DNA of 56,154 nucleotides from Octopus bimaculoides (lineage: Eukaryota), in the NCBI RefSeq assembly GCF_001194135.2, contig NC_068983.1, positions 20,549,527 to 20,605,680 on the forward strand, written 5' to 3'. A program made the position numbers and the translations under genes. The notes under the pieces were generated by a model, which worked only from the letters and a program-made list of their open reading frames with translations, had not been told where the DNA came from and made no database searches. Positions 1 to 12,113 of the stretch are shown piece after piece (the first letter of the stretch is position 1; each line of letters opens with the position of its first letter).

Positions 1-46
<46 letters not shown>

Positions 47-50
47 TATA

Positions 51-1278
51 GAGGGTGCATAAGGTATTTGAGGATATACCCTTTCGGGGTCATTGCTGCA
101 TTTTTTGCTGACTGTATAATCTTTGTTTCAGGAAATAATAATCGTAGACCCTCAACTTACTCAAGAAAGGAATAGGGACCCTGTTATTGTTGTTGTAAGG
201 GCTGAGCATAGCGATTTAGAAATATCTCGATTTTTAAAAGTTGCTAGATCTTTCGTCTACAAAGTTTGTAAGGAGCTAGAGACTGAAGATCGAAACGTAT
301 CACCAGTATCAAAGCATAAAAAGCATTCTAAACGCTCGGAAATTATTAGAACACCTGAATTTATTCAGCAAGTTCAACAGACCAATGATTACAATCCCAG
401 AAATTCCATGAGGTCAATTGCAAAAGATTTCCATGTGTCAGAAAGAACAGTCAGAAATGTTGTCCGTGAAGACATCAGATATATGACTTACATGATTAGC
501 AAAGGTCAATTTGTCAGAAAAAGCGAAAGAAAATCCCTACAACAGATCTAAAAGGCTCTTAAACAAATTGAAAAATCCAGCAGAAGGAGATTTGATTTGG
601 TTTTTCTCAAACGGGAATAACTTCGACAAAGATCAAAAAGTTAACAGAAGAAATGACAGAATTGTTATGTGCAGATCCTTCTGAAGTTGCAAGTGTTATG
701 CATAGAAATTTTCCTGAAACTGTCATGATTTTAGGAGTTGTCAGCAATGAAGGACTTGATGCCTCCTTACGTATTTCCACAAGGTCTTAGAGTTAACTCT
801 GCCGCCTACACTGAGGTCCTGGAAATAATTGTTAAGACCTGGATAGACAATGTATGCAATGGAAGGTAATATGTGTTTCAGTAAGACTCTGCACTATCAC
901 ACATGGCTTTAGTAACACAGGAATGGATGGCTGAAAATTTTCATGGTCACATAACCCCTAACATTGGGCCTCCTAATTCCCCAGATCTTAATCCATTGGA
1001 TTATTACATGTGGAGCGTTGTTGAGAGATAGGTCAATGAATATGTCCATAATATCAAAGATTCTTTGAAAGCTGCCATAGTCAGAGTAATGTCTAAAATG
1101 AACCCGGACCACTTGATTCGAGCATGGAGATGATTTAGATCTCATATAGAAGCAGTTGTTGAAGTTGAACGTTTATTTTTATCATCATAATATTTTTCGA
1201 TAAAAAAAGTTATTATCTGTTATTATATAGCTTTTTTTTATAAACATAAATTTGTCCATAAATACCTTACGCACCCTG
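51..1278 (+). mobile_element. Full-length defective Tc1/mariner transposon, DD37D (maT) family
   Basis: The left TIR gagggtgcataaggtatttgagga (51-74) matches the reverse complement of the right TIR gtccataaataccttacgcaccctg (1254-1278). Flanks are TA on the left and TG (a decayed TA) on the right. A transposase remnant lies inside. Confidence 0.9.
123..1165 (+). pseudogene. DD37D transposase pseudogene with frameshifts and stops
   Basis: It contains an HTH-like stretch MRSIAKDFHVSERTVRNVVRED and WFFSNGNNF (FSDE motif with D changed to N, 598-624). It also contains YVFQ*DSALSH...PPNSPDLNPLDYYMW, with exactly 37 residues between D (885-887) and D (999-1001). Confidence 0.88.
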
Positions 1279-1749
1279 TGTGTATATATATTTATATAAA
1301 CTTCTGCATTCATCTTTTGAATACATCTATGCAAATTCTAATGGATAAAGCATGCTTCTGTAAACAGCAATGGAAGAATCATAGAAGACAAGAAGTTTAT
1401 CAACATTTTTTATTACCCATATATTACCTGGATTTTTTGAACCCGAAATAATCTCTTCATAACACATTTTATCAACCCGTGTACGTTTTTTTTAAAGATC
1501 GTTTTCTTTCTTTCGTGCTACATTTCGCTTCTGTTTCTGATTAATTATTTCCCTTCACATTTCGTTACTGTTTCAGGCAACATTCTTCTATCGATAATCT
1601 TGGTTCTATTTTTGCATTCCTTTTGCATGTATGATGTTTAACTAAAAAAATTGCAAGTGGCCTTTCACACACTGTGAAATACTAATACAGCACAGCAGTG
1701 TTTACAAGATTCCATTAGTAGTTAACTTGGCGAGAAAATTGTTAGGAAT

Positions 1750-1858
1750 TACAAGAACTATTTTCTACATGTATGTATGTATGTATGTATGTATGTATGT
1801 ATGTATGTATGCATGCATGCATGCACGCATGTATGTATGTGTATATATGCATGCATGA
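1750..1858. repeat. (ATGT)n/(ATGC)n compound microsatellite
   Basis: Read directly from the sequence. Confidence 0.95.
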
Positions 1859-2439
1859 ATTTATGCGGGTGCACCAAATGTTGATCGGTAAATAATTTAG
1901 ATTTGCAATTCTAAAATCCCTGGTTTCATTCCAAACGTTGCATTTTTGGCAATATTTTCACTACAAACAAAAATGAACCAAGAGAAGTAACTCAATGTAG
2001 CCCGTGACATGTAACTGAGTAACATACATACATACATACATTATCTTGGATCCTGTTGGTCGTTTTTATCAGCGCTCAGCATGTAACTGTAATACTAATA
2101 ACTTATTATCGCCCAAACGGGACCCGTGGAAATTCCACGAAATGAAAAATGTAAGAAGGAGGTATTTAAGAAAGAAAGTATGATTTCCATTTTTATTGCA
2201 TATAAATCTTATTGTTGCCTATGCAATGGCTAATAGAAAAATATCCAATAGCGATCATGTATTAGTATTTAATTCTATTGAAACTCCAAGAACAATGTAC
2301 AGTTCAATATTTATTATTACGAAATAGTAGAATTCCATTACAAATTAAAAAAAAAATAACATCCATGTCTATTTTGCTACGTTATTTATACTTCCATTTA
2401 TAGTATATTATATGATTTTAAAATTTTCCTTTACTGAAC

Positions 2440-2683
2440 AGTCTCTCTCTCTCTTTTTCTCTCTCTCTCTCTCTCTATCTCTCTGTCTCTCTCTCTCTCT
2501 CTCTACCTGTGTACCTCTCTATCTTTTCGACACCCTTAACTATATATTTCCCTTCTTCACCTCGTTAACATTTCTCTCTTCTCTTCCTCTTCACCTGTCA
2601 CTTCCACTAACCACAACGTGGTAGTGGTAGTGGTAGTGGCTATCTGCTACGTTACTTCATGATTAGTCTAACTGGCTGTCTAC

Positions 2684-2728
<45 letters not shown>

Positions 2729-2760
2729 CTCACACTCCCTCTGGACTTCTCTCTCTCTCC
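2440..2760. repeat. (CT)n-rich microsatellite region with a short (GTAGTG)n
   Basis: Read directly from the sequence. Confidence 0.9.
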
Positions 2761-3786
2761 TTCTTCCGTATGTCACTTTCACTCTATCTCCCACTTTCTG
2801 TAACAAGCTAAAACGTAAAGTGTGAAAAATGAACACGGAGAATTATAATATAGATTTGATCAAGTCACTAGATTAAATAATTTAATCATGATTGTTTCCT
2901 GATAGTAAGTATTCTGCAATTCTAGCCTTAGTACAAAATTGGTTATGCATTGCATGTGATAAAGAAATATGAAATTTTTATCTGCTGATACTTCAGATAC
3001 TTGATGGATTAGTAGGTGATTTCTAATTGCGTAATATACCAATTAGGAATACATCACTATGCTATTGAAACATCTGTAGCATCTACATACAAACACACAC
3101 GCGTGTGTGTGTGTGTGTGTGTGTGTTAGGCATCAAAAAGTATTATTCAATTAATAAGATCTTTATCATTCTTATTCCTATACACTTACATTCACTAACA
3201 TACGGACAGTTTCTTTTACACACGCCCATTCTTTTATACACAGCTCTTTCAAGAAAATGTACAAGCAACAATCATACTTTGTGTGCGTTAGTGTATAATT
3301 CAGAATAAATGACATATTTTCACCGCAAAATCTTAACTATTCTAATAGCATTATGTACGTCTGTGCACATATTAGCATTTTTAAACACAGACGCGTATGG
3401 ACCCACATATGCAGCTTCAATGATACATGTTCATAAACATAACCATCCATGCATGTACAGTGACGCATATGTTGAAACAAGCGTAAAATAATATTCGATT
3501 GCCTCCCACATCTATTTTTCTGGCGCAACATATTCATGTAATACTATATGCACTTTACGATTTTTGCTTTCATCTGAGTTTTCACGATGTAGTGAGGCTT
3601 CCTGGTAATATTAATCTAGAAATTAGTAGATAACAAGAAATAGGACAGCTGTATCAAATGGCATTAGTAGGCGGTGGTACAGTTTGCGCGCCTGAAATCT
3701 TTAAGTGAATTAAAGATATTTGTTAAGCGGCAAAACAGGGGGTCAGAAATAAGAAGTAAATTATATATTTTTCTGTGTCTGTGTGG

Positions 3787-3862
3787 TAAGACATGGCTGT
3801 ATGCTAAGAAGCTTGCTTCCCAAACACATGGTTCCTGGTTCAATCCCACTGCGTAGCACCTG
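3787..3862 (+). mobile_element. tRNA-derived SINE family A, 5' head fragment
   Basis: tggctgtatgctaagaagcttgcttcccaaacacatggttcctggttcaatcccactgcgtagcacc matches the head of the family-A copies at 9181 and 27507 and shows A-box and B-box motifs. Confidence 0.75.
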
Positions 3863-4571
3863 GCCAGCTAACTCAACGTCAGACTGTCGGCGGTAGCTTA
3901 ATTGGCTGAATCTTCGAAGTTTTTGTCAACAACATATTTGTATAGGAATAATATATATTCATTTTCGTATGAGGGCGAGGTTGGGTGTGTGCTTGTATGA
4001 ATATTTTCCTTTATATGCCTATGTCTTTCATTGTTCGATTTTAAATCTCTTCTTGACTTCCTATGTATTGTTTGTATATTAGATATTTATTTATTATTGA
4101 ATCATCTGCCAAACAAAATGTCTGCAAATTGACATTTACAGTCATAATAGTGTTTATAAGCAGTTTTCATCCTCCTTTTATATGAGTCACTAAGTCGTAA
4201 CCTATTCTTTGCTTATAAGAAAGATCTGCTGTTACTCAACTGTAACTGTCACTATTAACGGAAAAACACTTTAGGTGAATGGGAATTTGTCGATATATTT
4301 TTTGACATAACTGAAAATATTGAAACGAATACAAATACTAACATTGCTATTTTTGGCTGAGTCACGAAGAAATAATAATACTTATAAGTACCTCTCCCCG
4401 CCCGAAAACTCCACATGTTTATTCGTACCATAAACATGATCTCATCTCGAACAGCTACGTTACACTGTCAACTCAAATGCTATATTATGATTCACTAAAT
4501 GTAGAGTACTTTATACATCTTTTTACTATCACAATAGATGCAAAAATTCACAACTGTCGTATAATGTCATT

Positions 4572-5505
4572 TGGCGAGCTGACTGAATCGTAGCGCATCA
4601 GACAATATGCTTAGCAACATTTCGTCAGTCTGCACGTTCTCGGTTCAAATTCCACCGAAGTCGATTTTGCGTCGTCGACGAAATAAATACCATTTGAGCA
4701 TTGGCGTTGATGTAATCGACTAACTTCTCCCGCGAAAATTTCTGGCCTTCTTCCAAAATTTGAGACTATTATTAAAGTTATGAATAAGTCAGCGCGCTGG
4801 CTGATTCATTAGCTCGGCGGACAAAATGGTTAGCGGTATTTCGTCCATATTTACGTTGTGAGTTCAAATTCCGCCAAGCCTTTCATCTCTTTCAGTGTCG
4901 ATGAACTAAATACCAGTTGGGCGCTGGGGTCGACCAATCCCTTACCCACGAAATTGTTGATCTCGTGCCGAAATTTGAACCGATTATTAAACTTATGAAT
5001 AATGCAGTGAACTGGTTGGAACGGTAGCACTCCAGACAAAATAGCAGCATTTCGTCCGCTTTCACGTTCTTGGTTCAAATTTCGCCGACGTCGATTTTCT
5101 GATCCATCATCTCTTTCGTTGTCGACGAAATAAATACCAGTTAAGTACTGGGGCCGATGTAATCAACTATCGTCCTCCCCCAAATTTGAAGCCTTGTGCC
5201 TATAGTAGAAAGCATTATTAAAGTTATAAATAAGTCAGCGTGCTAGGAGATTCGTTAGCGCGCCGGGCAAAATGCTTGTCAGCATTTCGTCCGTCTTATG
5301 TTCTGAGTTCAAATTCCGCCGAGGTCAACTTTGCCTTTTATCCTTTCGGGCTCGATAAAATAAGTTGTGAGTTCAAATTCCGCTAAGCCTTTCATCTCTT
5401 TCAGTGTCGATGAACAAAGTACCAGCTGGGCGCTGGGTCGATGTAATCGACTATCCGACAACCACAAGATATCAGGCCTAGTGCTTATTATACAAAGGAT
5501 TATTA
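4572..5505 (+). mobile_element. Tandem cluster of ~5 family-B tRNA-SINE copies (~210 bp each)
   Basis: The pattern ggcgagctg...ttagc...catttcgtc...gttctgagttcaaattccgccgaggtcgactttg...gtcgat..aataagtaccag...tattatt repeats at ~4572, 4790, 5005, 5236 (truncated) and 5365 (partial). Confidence 0.9.
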
Positions 5506-6315
5506 GAACTGCGAATATAACGATGACGGGGCGTTTACTATAAATCCGCATTTGTATAGTGTTTCATAAAAAAAAAAACTCTAATCCGAAATAGCTCCGA
5601 CACAAGTCTCATATCTCCGAGACAAGTCAATACTGGACACATACAGGGATGGCAATAAATATTTTGACTATGATGACAGTTTTAAGGGAGTAAAGTAAAA
5701 TACTCTGTGGTAGAATATGGAGTCGGCAGAGGAACGCAGTTCTTGTGCTGTGTGCTTCCTCCAATACTTGAAAAATCAAACTGCGTTGACACTAGATGTG
5801 CTGCTTCAGAAATGCTCTAATGACCTTTAATCGCTCTGTGAAGAGACCATTAGACCTTTTTTTTTCTCCTTATTTTCTTACTTTTTTTGTTTTTTGGTTA
5901 CTTATATAGTTTTTTTTTCTTTCGTTGGCACTGCGATAGTTTTGTTTATATCCTACAGCGCAGTGATCTACAGAAAGTATAAATATTTCATCCATTATGT
6001 TAAAGTAATTGGTTTAACCTATTCTACTTCCTTGCGTGAGACACATGTAGCCGCAGGCCTGTCTTCACATTGAAATACAGAATAGGCAGATGACACAACT
6101 TTGAAATTTATCACAACGCTAATATGTATGTACGTATGTGTGTGCGTGTCTGTGTGTGTGTTGGCGGGTGGGTGTGAGCTTCTATCTGTCTGTTTGTCTG
6201 AATATCTGTGTCTGACTCTCTGTCTATCTGTGTGCGTGTGTTAGTGAGGTTCATTGTGTGTGTGTTTGTGTCATATAAGAAGTAACCGTACAGAAAAGGA
6301 AATAACATCATTTGG

Positions 6316-6362
<47 letters not shown>

Positions 6363-6814
6363 NNNNNNNNNNNNNNNNNNNNNNNNNNNNNNNNNNNNNN
6401 NNNNNNNNNNNNNNNNNNNNNNNNNNNNNNNNNNNNNNNNNNNNNNNNNNNNNNNNNNNNNNNNNNNNNNNNNNNNNNNNNNNNNNNNNNNNNNNNNNNN
6501 NNNNNNNNNNNNNNNNNNNNNNNNNNNNNNNNNNNNNNNNNNNNNNNNNNNNNNNNNNNNNNNNNNNNNNNNNNNNNNNNNNNNNNNNNNNNNNNNNNNN
6601 NNNNNNNNNNNNNNNNNNNNNNNNNNNNNNNNNNNNNNNNNNNNNNNNNNNNNNNNNNNNNNNNNNNNNNNNNNNNNNNNNNNNNNNNNNNNNNNNNNNN
6701 NNNNNNNNNNNNNNNNNNNNNNNNNNNNNNNNNNNNNNNNNNNNNNNNNNNNNNNNNNNNNNNNNNNNNNNNNNNNNNNNNNNNNNNNNNNNNNNNNNNN
6801 NNNNNNNNNNNNNN

Positions 6815-6881
<67 letters not shown>

Positions 6882-7481
6882 CCAGTATGTTTCATTGTAA
6901 GTAATTAATCTCATATAACACACTGGAATATAATAGACATTAACCGTATATATTATTCATCTGTTTAAATAACATATAACACCATAAATGATATATCATT
7001 ACTATGGATTTACTTAAAATTTCACCTCCACATATGATTATTATAACCGGACAATACGAGCTATTCGGTATGTTTCCAAATCTTAAATAGATGAATGGAT
7101 ACTTAGATAGACAGATAAATAAAATTTAGTTGAAATTTCTTGTATAGGGAACTCACATATTACTATACGCTATCTTCAGAGTTTGAGCTGTATATCAACA
7201 ATCTTAATCTTATTTGTACAGATTAAGGTAATCTTCAAAAGAAACAAAAGTACTTATATACATAACAATGCTAGATGGAGAAATGAAATGATAAATGAAA
7301 CCAGCTAGACTAAATATAAATTGTTATTATACCATATAAAATTTGGAATATGTTTAGCATCTGATTTTCATAGACAAAACGAATGATACAGTTCTATATT
7401 TAATAGATGAGGAATTATATTATTTACATTATTTACATTATTTACATCTGACGGATATTTGTCCTCGTCTTGTTTGTAGTT

Positions 7482-7527
7482 GATACAACGTTTCGGTTGA
7501 TATACCCTCCAGCCTTCATCAGGTATC
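7482..7527 (-). ncRNA. Minimal type I hammerhead ribozyme motif (left arm)
   Basis: The minus strand reads GAUAC-CUGAUGA-A-GGCUG..CAACC-GAAACGUU-GUAUC, with a perfect 5-bp stem I and the core CUGAUGA/GAAA. Confidence 0.6.
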
Positions 7528-7546
7528 TTGGGGAAATTTCCCCAAT

Positions 7547-7590
7547 ACACCTGATGAAGGCTGGAGGGTATATCAACCGAAACGTTGTGT
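7547..7590 (+). ncRNA. Minimal type I hammerhead ribozyme motif (right arm)
   Basis: The plus strand reads ACAC-CUGAUGA-A-GGCUG..CAACC-GAAACGUU-GUGU, with a 4-bp stem I. Confidence 0.55.
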
Positions 7591-7686
7591 TAACAACAGA
7601 CAAGATGAGGACAAATACCCGTCAAATGTAAATAATGTAAAGGAATCGAATGATGTTCAACGAGTCTTTAAACGTTTCCATTAATT

Positions 7687-7718
<32 letters not shown>

Positions 7719-7752
<34 letters not shown>

Positions 7753-8125
7753 GGCACTCCGTCGCTTACGACGTCGAGGGTTCCAGTTGTTCCGATCAAC
7801 GGAACAGCCTGTTCGTGAAATTAACGTGCAAGTGGCTGAGCACTCCACAGACACGTGTACCCTTGACGTAGTTCTCGGGGATATTCAGCGTGACACAGTG
7901 TGACAAGGCTGGCCCTTTGAATTACAGGCACAACAGAAACAGGAAGTAAGAGAAAGTTGTGGTGAAAGAGTACAGCAGGATTCGCCACCATCCCCTGCCG
8001 GAGCTTCGTGGAGCTTTAGGTTTTTTTCGCTCAATAAACACTCACAGCGCCTAGTCTGGGAATCGAAACTGCGATCCTATGACCGCGGACTCGCTGCCCT
8101 AACCAGTGAGCCATTGCGCCTCCAC
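7719..8125 (-). mobile_element. Full-length tRNA-derived SINE family D with (CAA)n tail, inserted in a (TAG)n microsatellite
   Basis: The minus-strand head gtggaggcgcaatggctcactggttagggcagcgagtccgcggtcataggatcgcagtttcgattcccagact has A and B boxes. The 3' end reads ...cgacggagtgcc(aac)n, and (agt)n lies on both sides (7688-7718 and 8126-8139). Confidence 0.9.
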
Positions 8126-9180
8126 AGTAGTAGTAGTAGGTCTTGCCTTAAAATGAGAAATATTGATTTAAAAGTAAACATTATCAGTAAATTTCCTTGA
8201 CCAGGCTTTCTATAGTGGAGAGATAAAGCAGGGCATATATGACCGGCAAACCCATAAAAAAAACACTTTTAAAGCTTAAAAGAAGATCTTCAGTTATTTA
8301 GTTAACTAGTCTATTGGTCAAGGTAAACATTTTTAGAAAGTTCGATAAGTTATGTAAATTTGATGCAATAACTTTAATTTAAATATTTATCATGCTATTT
8401 TTATACATATTAAGAGAATTTTTCTACAAAGAGAAAACTTACTAAGTTAGAATCAATACATTCAAAATTTATTTAACGATGAGCTACAAAAAATTACATT
8501 TTATAACATCAGCAAGTTAAATGTGCATTAAATAAAAACTTCCGTGTAATCTATTTTTAATTTTCTGGCATTAGTACTTTGTTGTGGGTTTTCGTAGACC
8601 TTCAATGGAATGATGCAGTATGTATCGAGATGCACGTGTTGGGTAGATTTTTGTAGCAATTTATAATAAAAACGAGAGGAAGACTGAAATATTTTGTTGA
8701 ATCAAGTTCTGTTTATAAAGTAGTACAAATGTTATGAATTATTCAATCAACATGCCATTTTGAATAACGGAAAAGTTATATAATTATGAAAAAAAGAATG
8801 CTTCCATGCAGATTAAATTTAGTTATTAATGTAGTGCACAGGAAATATTTTAGGGTAAGAAAGAACTTTCTAGTAAAAAAGACAAATTTAGTGGTTAAAT
8901 TACCATATAGTTTTAAATTTAATTAGCGTTACAGAATTATCTTGGAAATAATCTAAAGAGGGATAGAGTTGACCTGAATTTACAAGTAAATAACTTGCTA
9001 ATGATTGCCTAGTTTGATAGTGGTTAGCGGTGGAAAAGACTTGTATGATAATTAGTATTTCACCTCTATCTTATATTAGAAGTTAATTTTAATTATTAAT
9101 TATTAAATATTGCAATCCCAATATTTGTAATCCCAAATACATAAAATATTGTATACTGAACAAGTCACTCCAATCTACAG

Positions 9181-9545
9181 AGGCGTGGCTGTGTGATAAG
9201 AAGTTTGCTTCCCAGCGACACGGTTCCAGGTTCGGTCGCACTGTGTAACAAGTGCTTTCTATAGCCGCGGGCCGACCAAAACCTTGTAAGTGAATTTGGT
9301 AGACGGAAACTGAAAGAAGCCTTCGTGTATATATACATATAAGTATACATCATGTCTGCTTGTGTGCCCCTCATCAACGCTTGACAACCGGTCTTAGTAT
9401 AACCAAGCGGTTCAGCTAAAAATACCGACAGAATATGTACTAAGCTTAAAAAATAAGTAATGGGGTCGATTTGTTCGAAGCAAACCCTTCGAGGCGGTGC
9501 TCCAGCATGACTGTGGTTAGATGACTGAAACCAATAAAAGAATAA
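9181..9545 (+). mobile_element. Family-A SINE (CORE-like, OR2-like), near full length
   Basis: It has a tRNA head, gtgaatttggtagacggaaactgaaagaagcc, and the 3' part gaggcggtgctccagcatg...atgactgaaac with a taaaagaataa tail. Confidence 0.85.
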
Positions 9546-10421
9546 TAATTAAATTTAAGTTACACTTAGAGGAACCTTCCTTTCAGATAGGAATCCGAGA
9601 TAAAAAAAAGAAAAAAAACAATACAAGTAATTGAGATCATTTCAAGAATTTAAGAATTAGATCCAAATAGGTGTATAATTTGTTTTCCTTGTTTTCAAAC
9701 GAATAGAAGATTTTTGTTGCTCAAAGAATGTAAATCATCTTTGAATGATTAAGTTGTAAGCTGTTAACAGGACTTCCCCGCACTAACAATTACAGGTAGG
9801 GTTTCGTTTTATTCCTTCTTGCAACAGGAAAATATCGATTAATAATTTTCTTTTTCAGTTCAATATATTCATTACACCTTAAATTATTTATCAAAATTCA
9901 TTCATTTAAATCATTCCAGTTAATTCCCTAAGACCCTTTCATTTTTAAATTCCCAATTACTTAGATCAGCAAGAATCATGTTTTTCGGACGTAGTGGCTT
10001 AAAGGCATTGCCGGATTGATCTCATTATCAGAGTAACAGAATCGCTACACTGCCAGACTATATACGCTGCAATTTTTAATTGTATTTATGTACATCTTAT
10101 TGCTTTCATTTTAATTCCATTTTCATTTTCATCATAATAGATCCCCGCAGATAAGCAACCACCCCTATTCTGTTCTAGATTCAATACTCCATATAGTTCT
10201 CCAACAATATGACATTCTTAATCTGATTTGAGAAATCCCTATTATTTGCTCACTATTTTCCCATCAATGCACATATGTCCAACTTGTACAAATCGTAACA
10301 AACAGTGTCACCCAACGCAATTTTAATCAAACACACATATACACATGCTGCAAAATGAATAATCACATATGTATGGTTCAGGTGCACGCGCAAACACACA
10401 AGTCTATACTGTACTGAAAGA

Positions 10422-10493
10422 AATACGAAAAAAATAAGTAATACGAAAAAAATAAGTAATACGAAAAAGATAAGTAATACGAAAAAAATAAGT
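10422..10493. repeat. 18-bp minisatellite x4 (aatacgaaaaaaataagt)
   Basis: Four consecutive units are present, one with a single substitution. Confidence 0.95.
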
Positions 10494-10556
10494 AACATAC
10501 AATTAGTACCTTTATATGCATTCATACATGCATATATATATATAAATATACATACG

Positions 10557-10589
<33 letters not shown>

Positions 10590-10615
10590 GTGCGTATACA
10601 TGTATATGTATATAA

Positions 10616-10662
<47 letters not shown>

Positions 10663-11316
10663 NNNNNNNNNNNNNNNNNNNNNNNNNNNNNNNNNNNNNN
10701 NNNNNNNNNNNNNNNNNNNNNNNNNNNNNNNNNNNNNNNNNNNNNNNNNNNNNNNNNNNNNNNNNNNNNNNNNNNNNNNNNNNNNNNNNNNNNNNNNNNN
10801 NNNNNNNNNNNNNNNNNNNNNNNNNNNNNNNNNNNNNNNNNNNNNNNNNNNNNNNNNNNNNNNNNNNNNNNNNNNNNNNNNNNNNNNNNNNNNNNNNNNN
10901 NNNNNNNNNNNNNNNNNNNNNNNNNNNNNNNNNNNNNNNNNNNNNNNNNNNNNNNNNNNNNNNNNNNNNNNNNNNNNNNNNNNNNNNNNNNNNNNNNNNN
11001 NNNNNNNNNNNNNNNNNNNNNNNNNNNNNNNNNNNNNNNNNNNNNNNNNNNNNNNNNNNNNNNNNNNNNNNNNNNNNNNNNNNNNNNNNNNNNNNNNNNN
11101 NNNNNNNNNNNNNNNNNNNNNNNNNNNNNNNNNNNNNNNNNNNNNNNNNNNNNNNNNNNNNNNNNNNNNNNNNNNNNNNNNNNNNNNNNNNNNNNNNNNN
11201 NNNNNNNNNNNNNNNNNNNNNNNNNNNNNNNNNNNNNNNNNNNNNNNNNNNNNNNNNNNNNNNNNNNNNNNNNNNNNNNNNNNNNNNNNNNNNNNNNNNN
11301 NNNNNNNNNNNNNNNN

Positions 11317-11361
<45 letters not shown>

Positions 11362-11558
11362 CACACACACACATATGCATATGTGTTTGTGTGTGTGTTT
11401 AATTATGTGATCTTCGTAATTCACATGCGTATATTTTTTTAATGAACCGACACTTAAATTTTTGTCAAAAGTCAGGAACAAGAATGTTTCAACGAGGAGG
11501 CTTTGTTTCATTATTGCAATAAGGACCAGCTAAGTGTCTGTTGTATCTTCAAGAGATA

Positions 11559-11661
11559 TCAATCGAGCTCGGTAGATATTTGAAACTGGCTACATTCCAA
11601 AAAATTGTCCATCCAATCGTTTTCTTGTTCATGATTCCGACTTGATTCAGTTACTGATAGC
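11559..11661 (-). CDS. Candidate terminal coding exon of an unidentified gene (LSVTESSRNHEQENDWMDNFLECSQFQISTELD*)
   Basis: The acceptor is ttcattttgttgtcatgttggcttgtag, followed by 1 nt plus 33 codons plus TGA. The phase is compatible with the 28045 exon donor (AT|G). No homology was recognised. Confidence 0.3.
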
Positions 11662-12078
11662 CTACAAGCCAACATGACAACAAAATGAAGATAACATGAA
11701 TCGTGCTACGCCTACGAACGTATATTTTCCTCCTCTAATTAATCAGTCATTTTCTTTTGAATTTCCCTTTACACGGCTCTCTTCCATTATTACTTTTGTT
11801 TTCTTAATGCCACTGTATGTTTTTATTTATTCGTCTGAAACTCCATTCTGTCCTTTCTCCGTCTCTTTATTTCCATTCCAGACAGACATTTCAGACCTCA
11901 CACTGGCACTAAACACTTATTTCATAACAGTGCACACATACACTTATCTAAGCTGACGCATATAATACAAGCAAGGCACTACCTGTACAATGGCTTAGAT
12001 ATAGACACAGCTACATAAACATAAGTAGGAAATTTAAATTATACAGTGTTACATGCTCTGACATATTAGCATACTTAC

Positions 12079-12113
12079 TCGTACATACACAAGCAGATAT
12101 GACCTCAATCATA
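12079..12113 (-). CDS. Candidate 35-nt exon (MIEVISACVCT)
   Basis: The acceptor ttctttctctcaatctcag and donor cga|gtaagt are both strong, and only one frame is open. It may be a pseudo-exon. Confidence 0.2.

Larger units (their letters stand above)
7433..7640. mobile_element. 208-bp palindrome made of inverted Penelope-like terminal (pLTR) fragments, each with a hammerhead motif
   Basis: The arms 7433-7536 and 7537-7640 are near-perfect reverse complements around ggggaaatttcccc. ctgatgaagg...ccgaaacgtt is the typical Penelope-like 3'/pLTR signature. Confidence 0.75.

Noticed and set aside
2072-2149. Plus-strand pseudo-exon RSACNCNTNNLLSPKRDPWKFHEMKN with plausible splice sites
   Set aside because: It is isolated with no partner exons or homology, and such short open frames are expected by chance.
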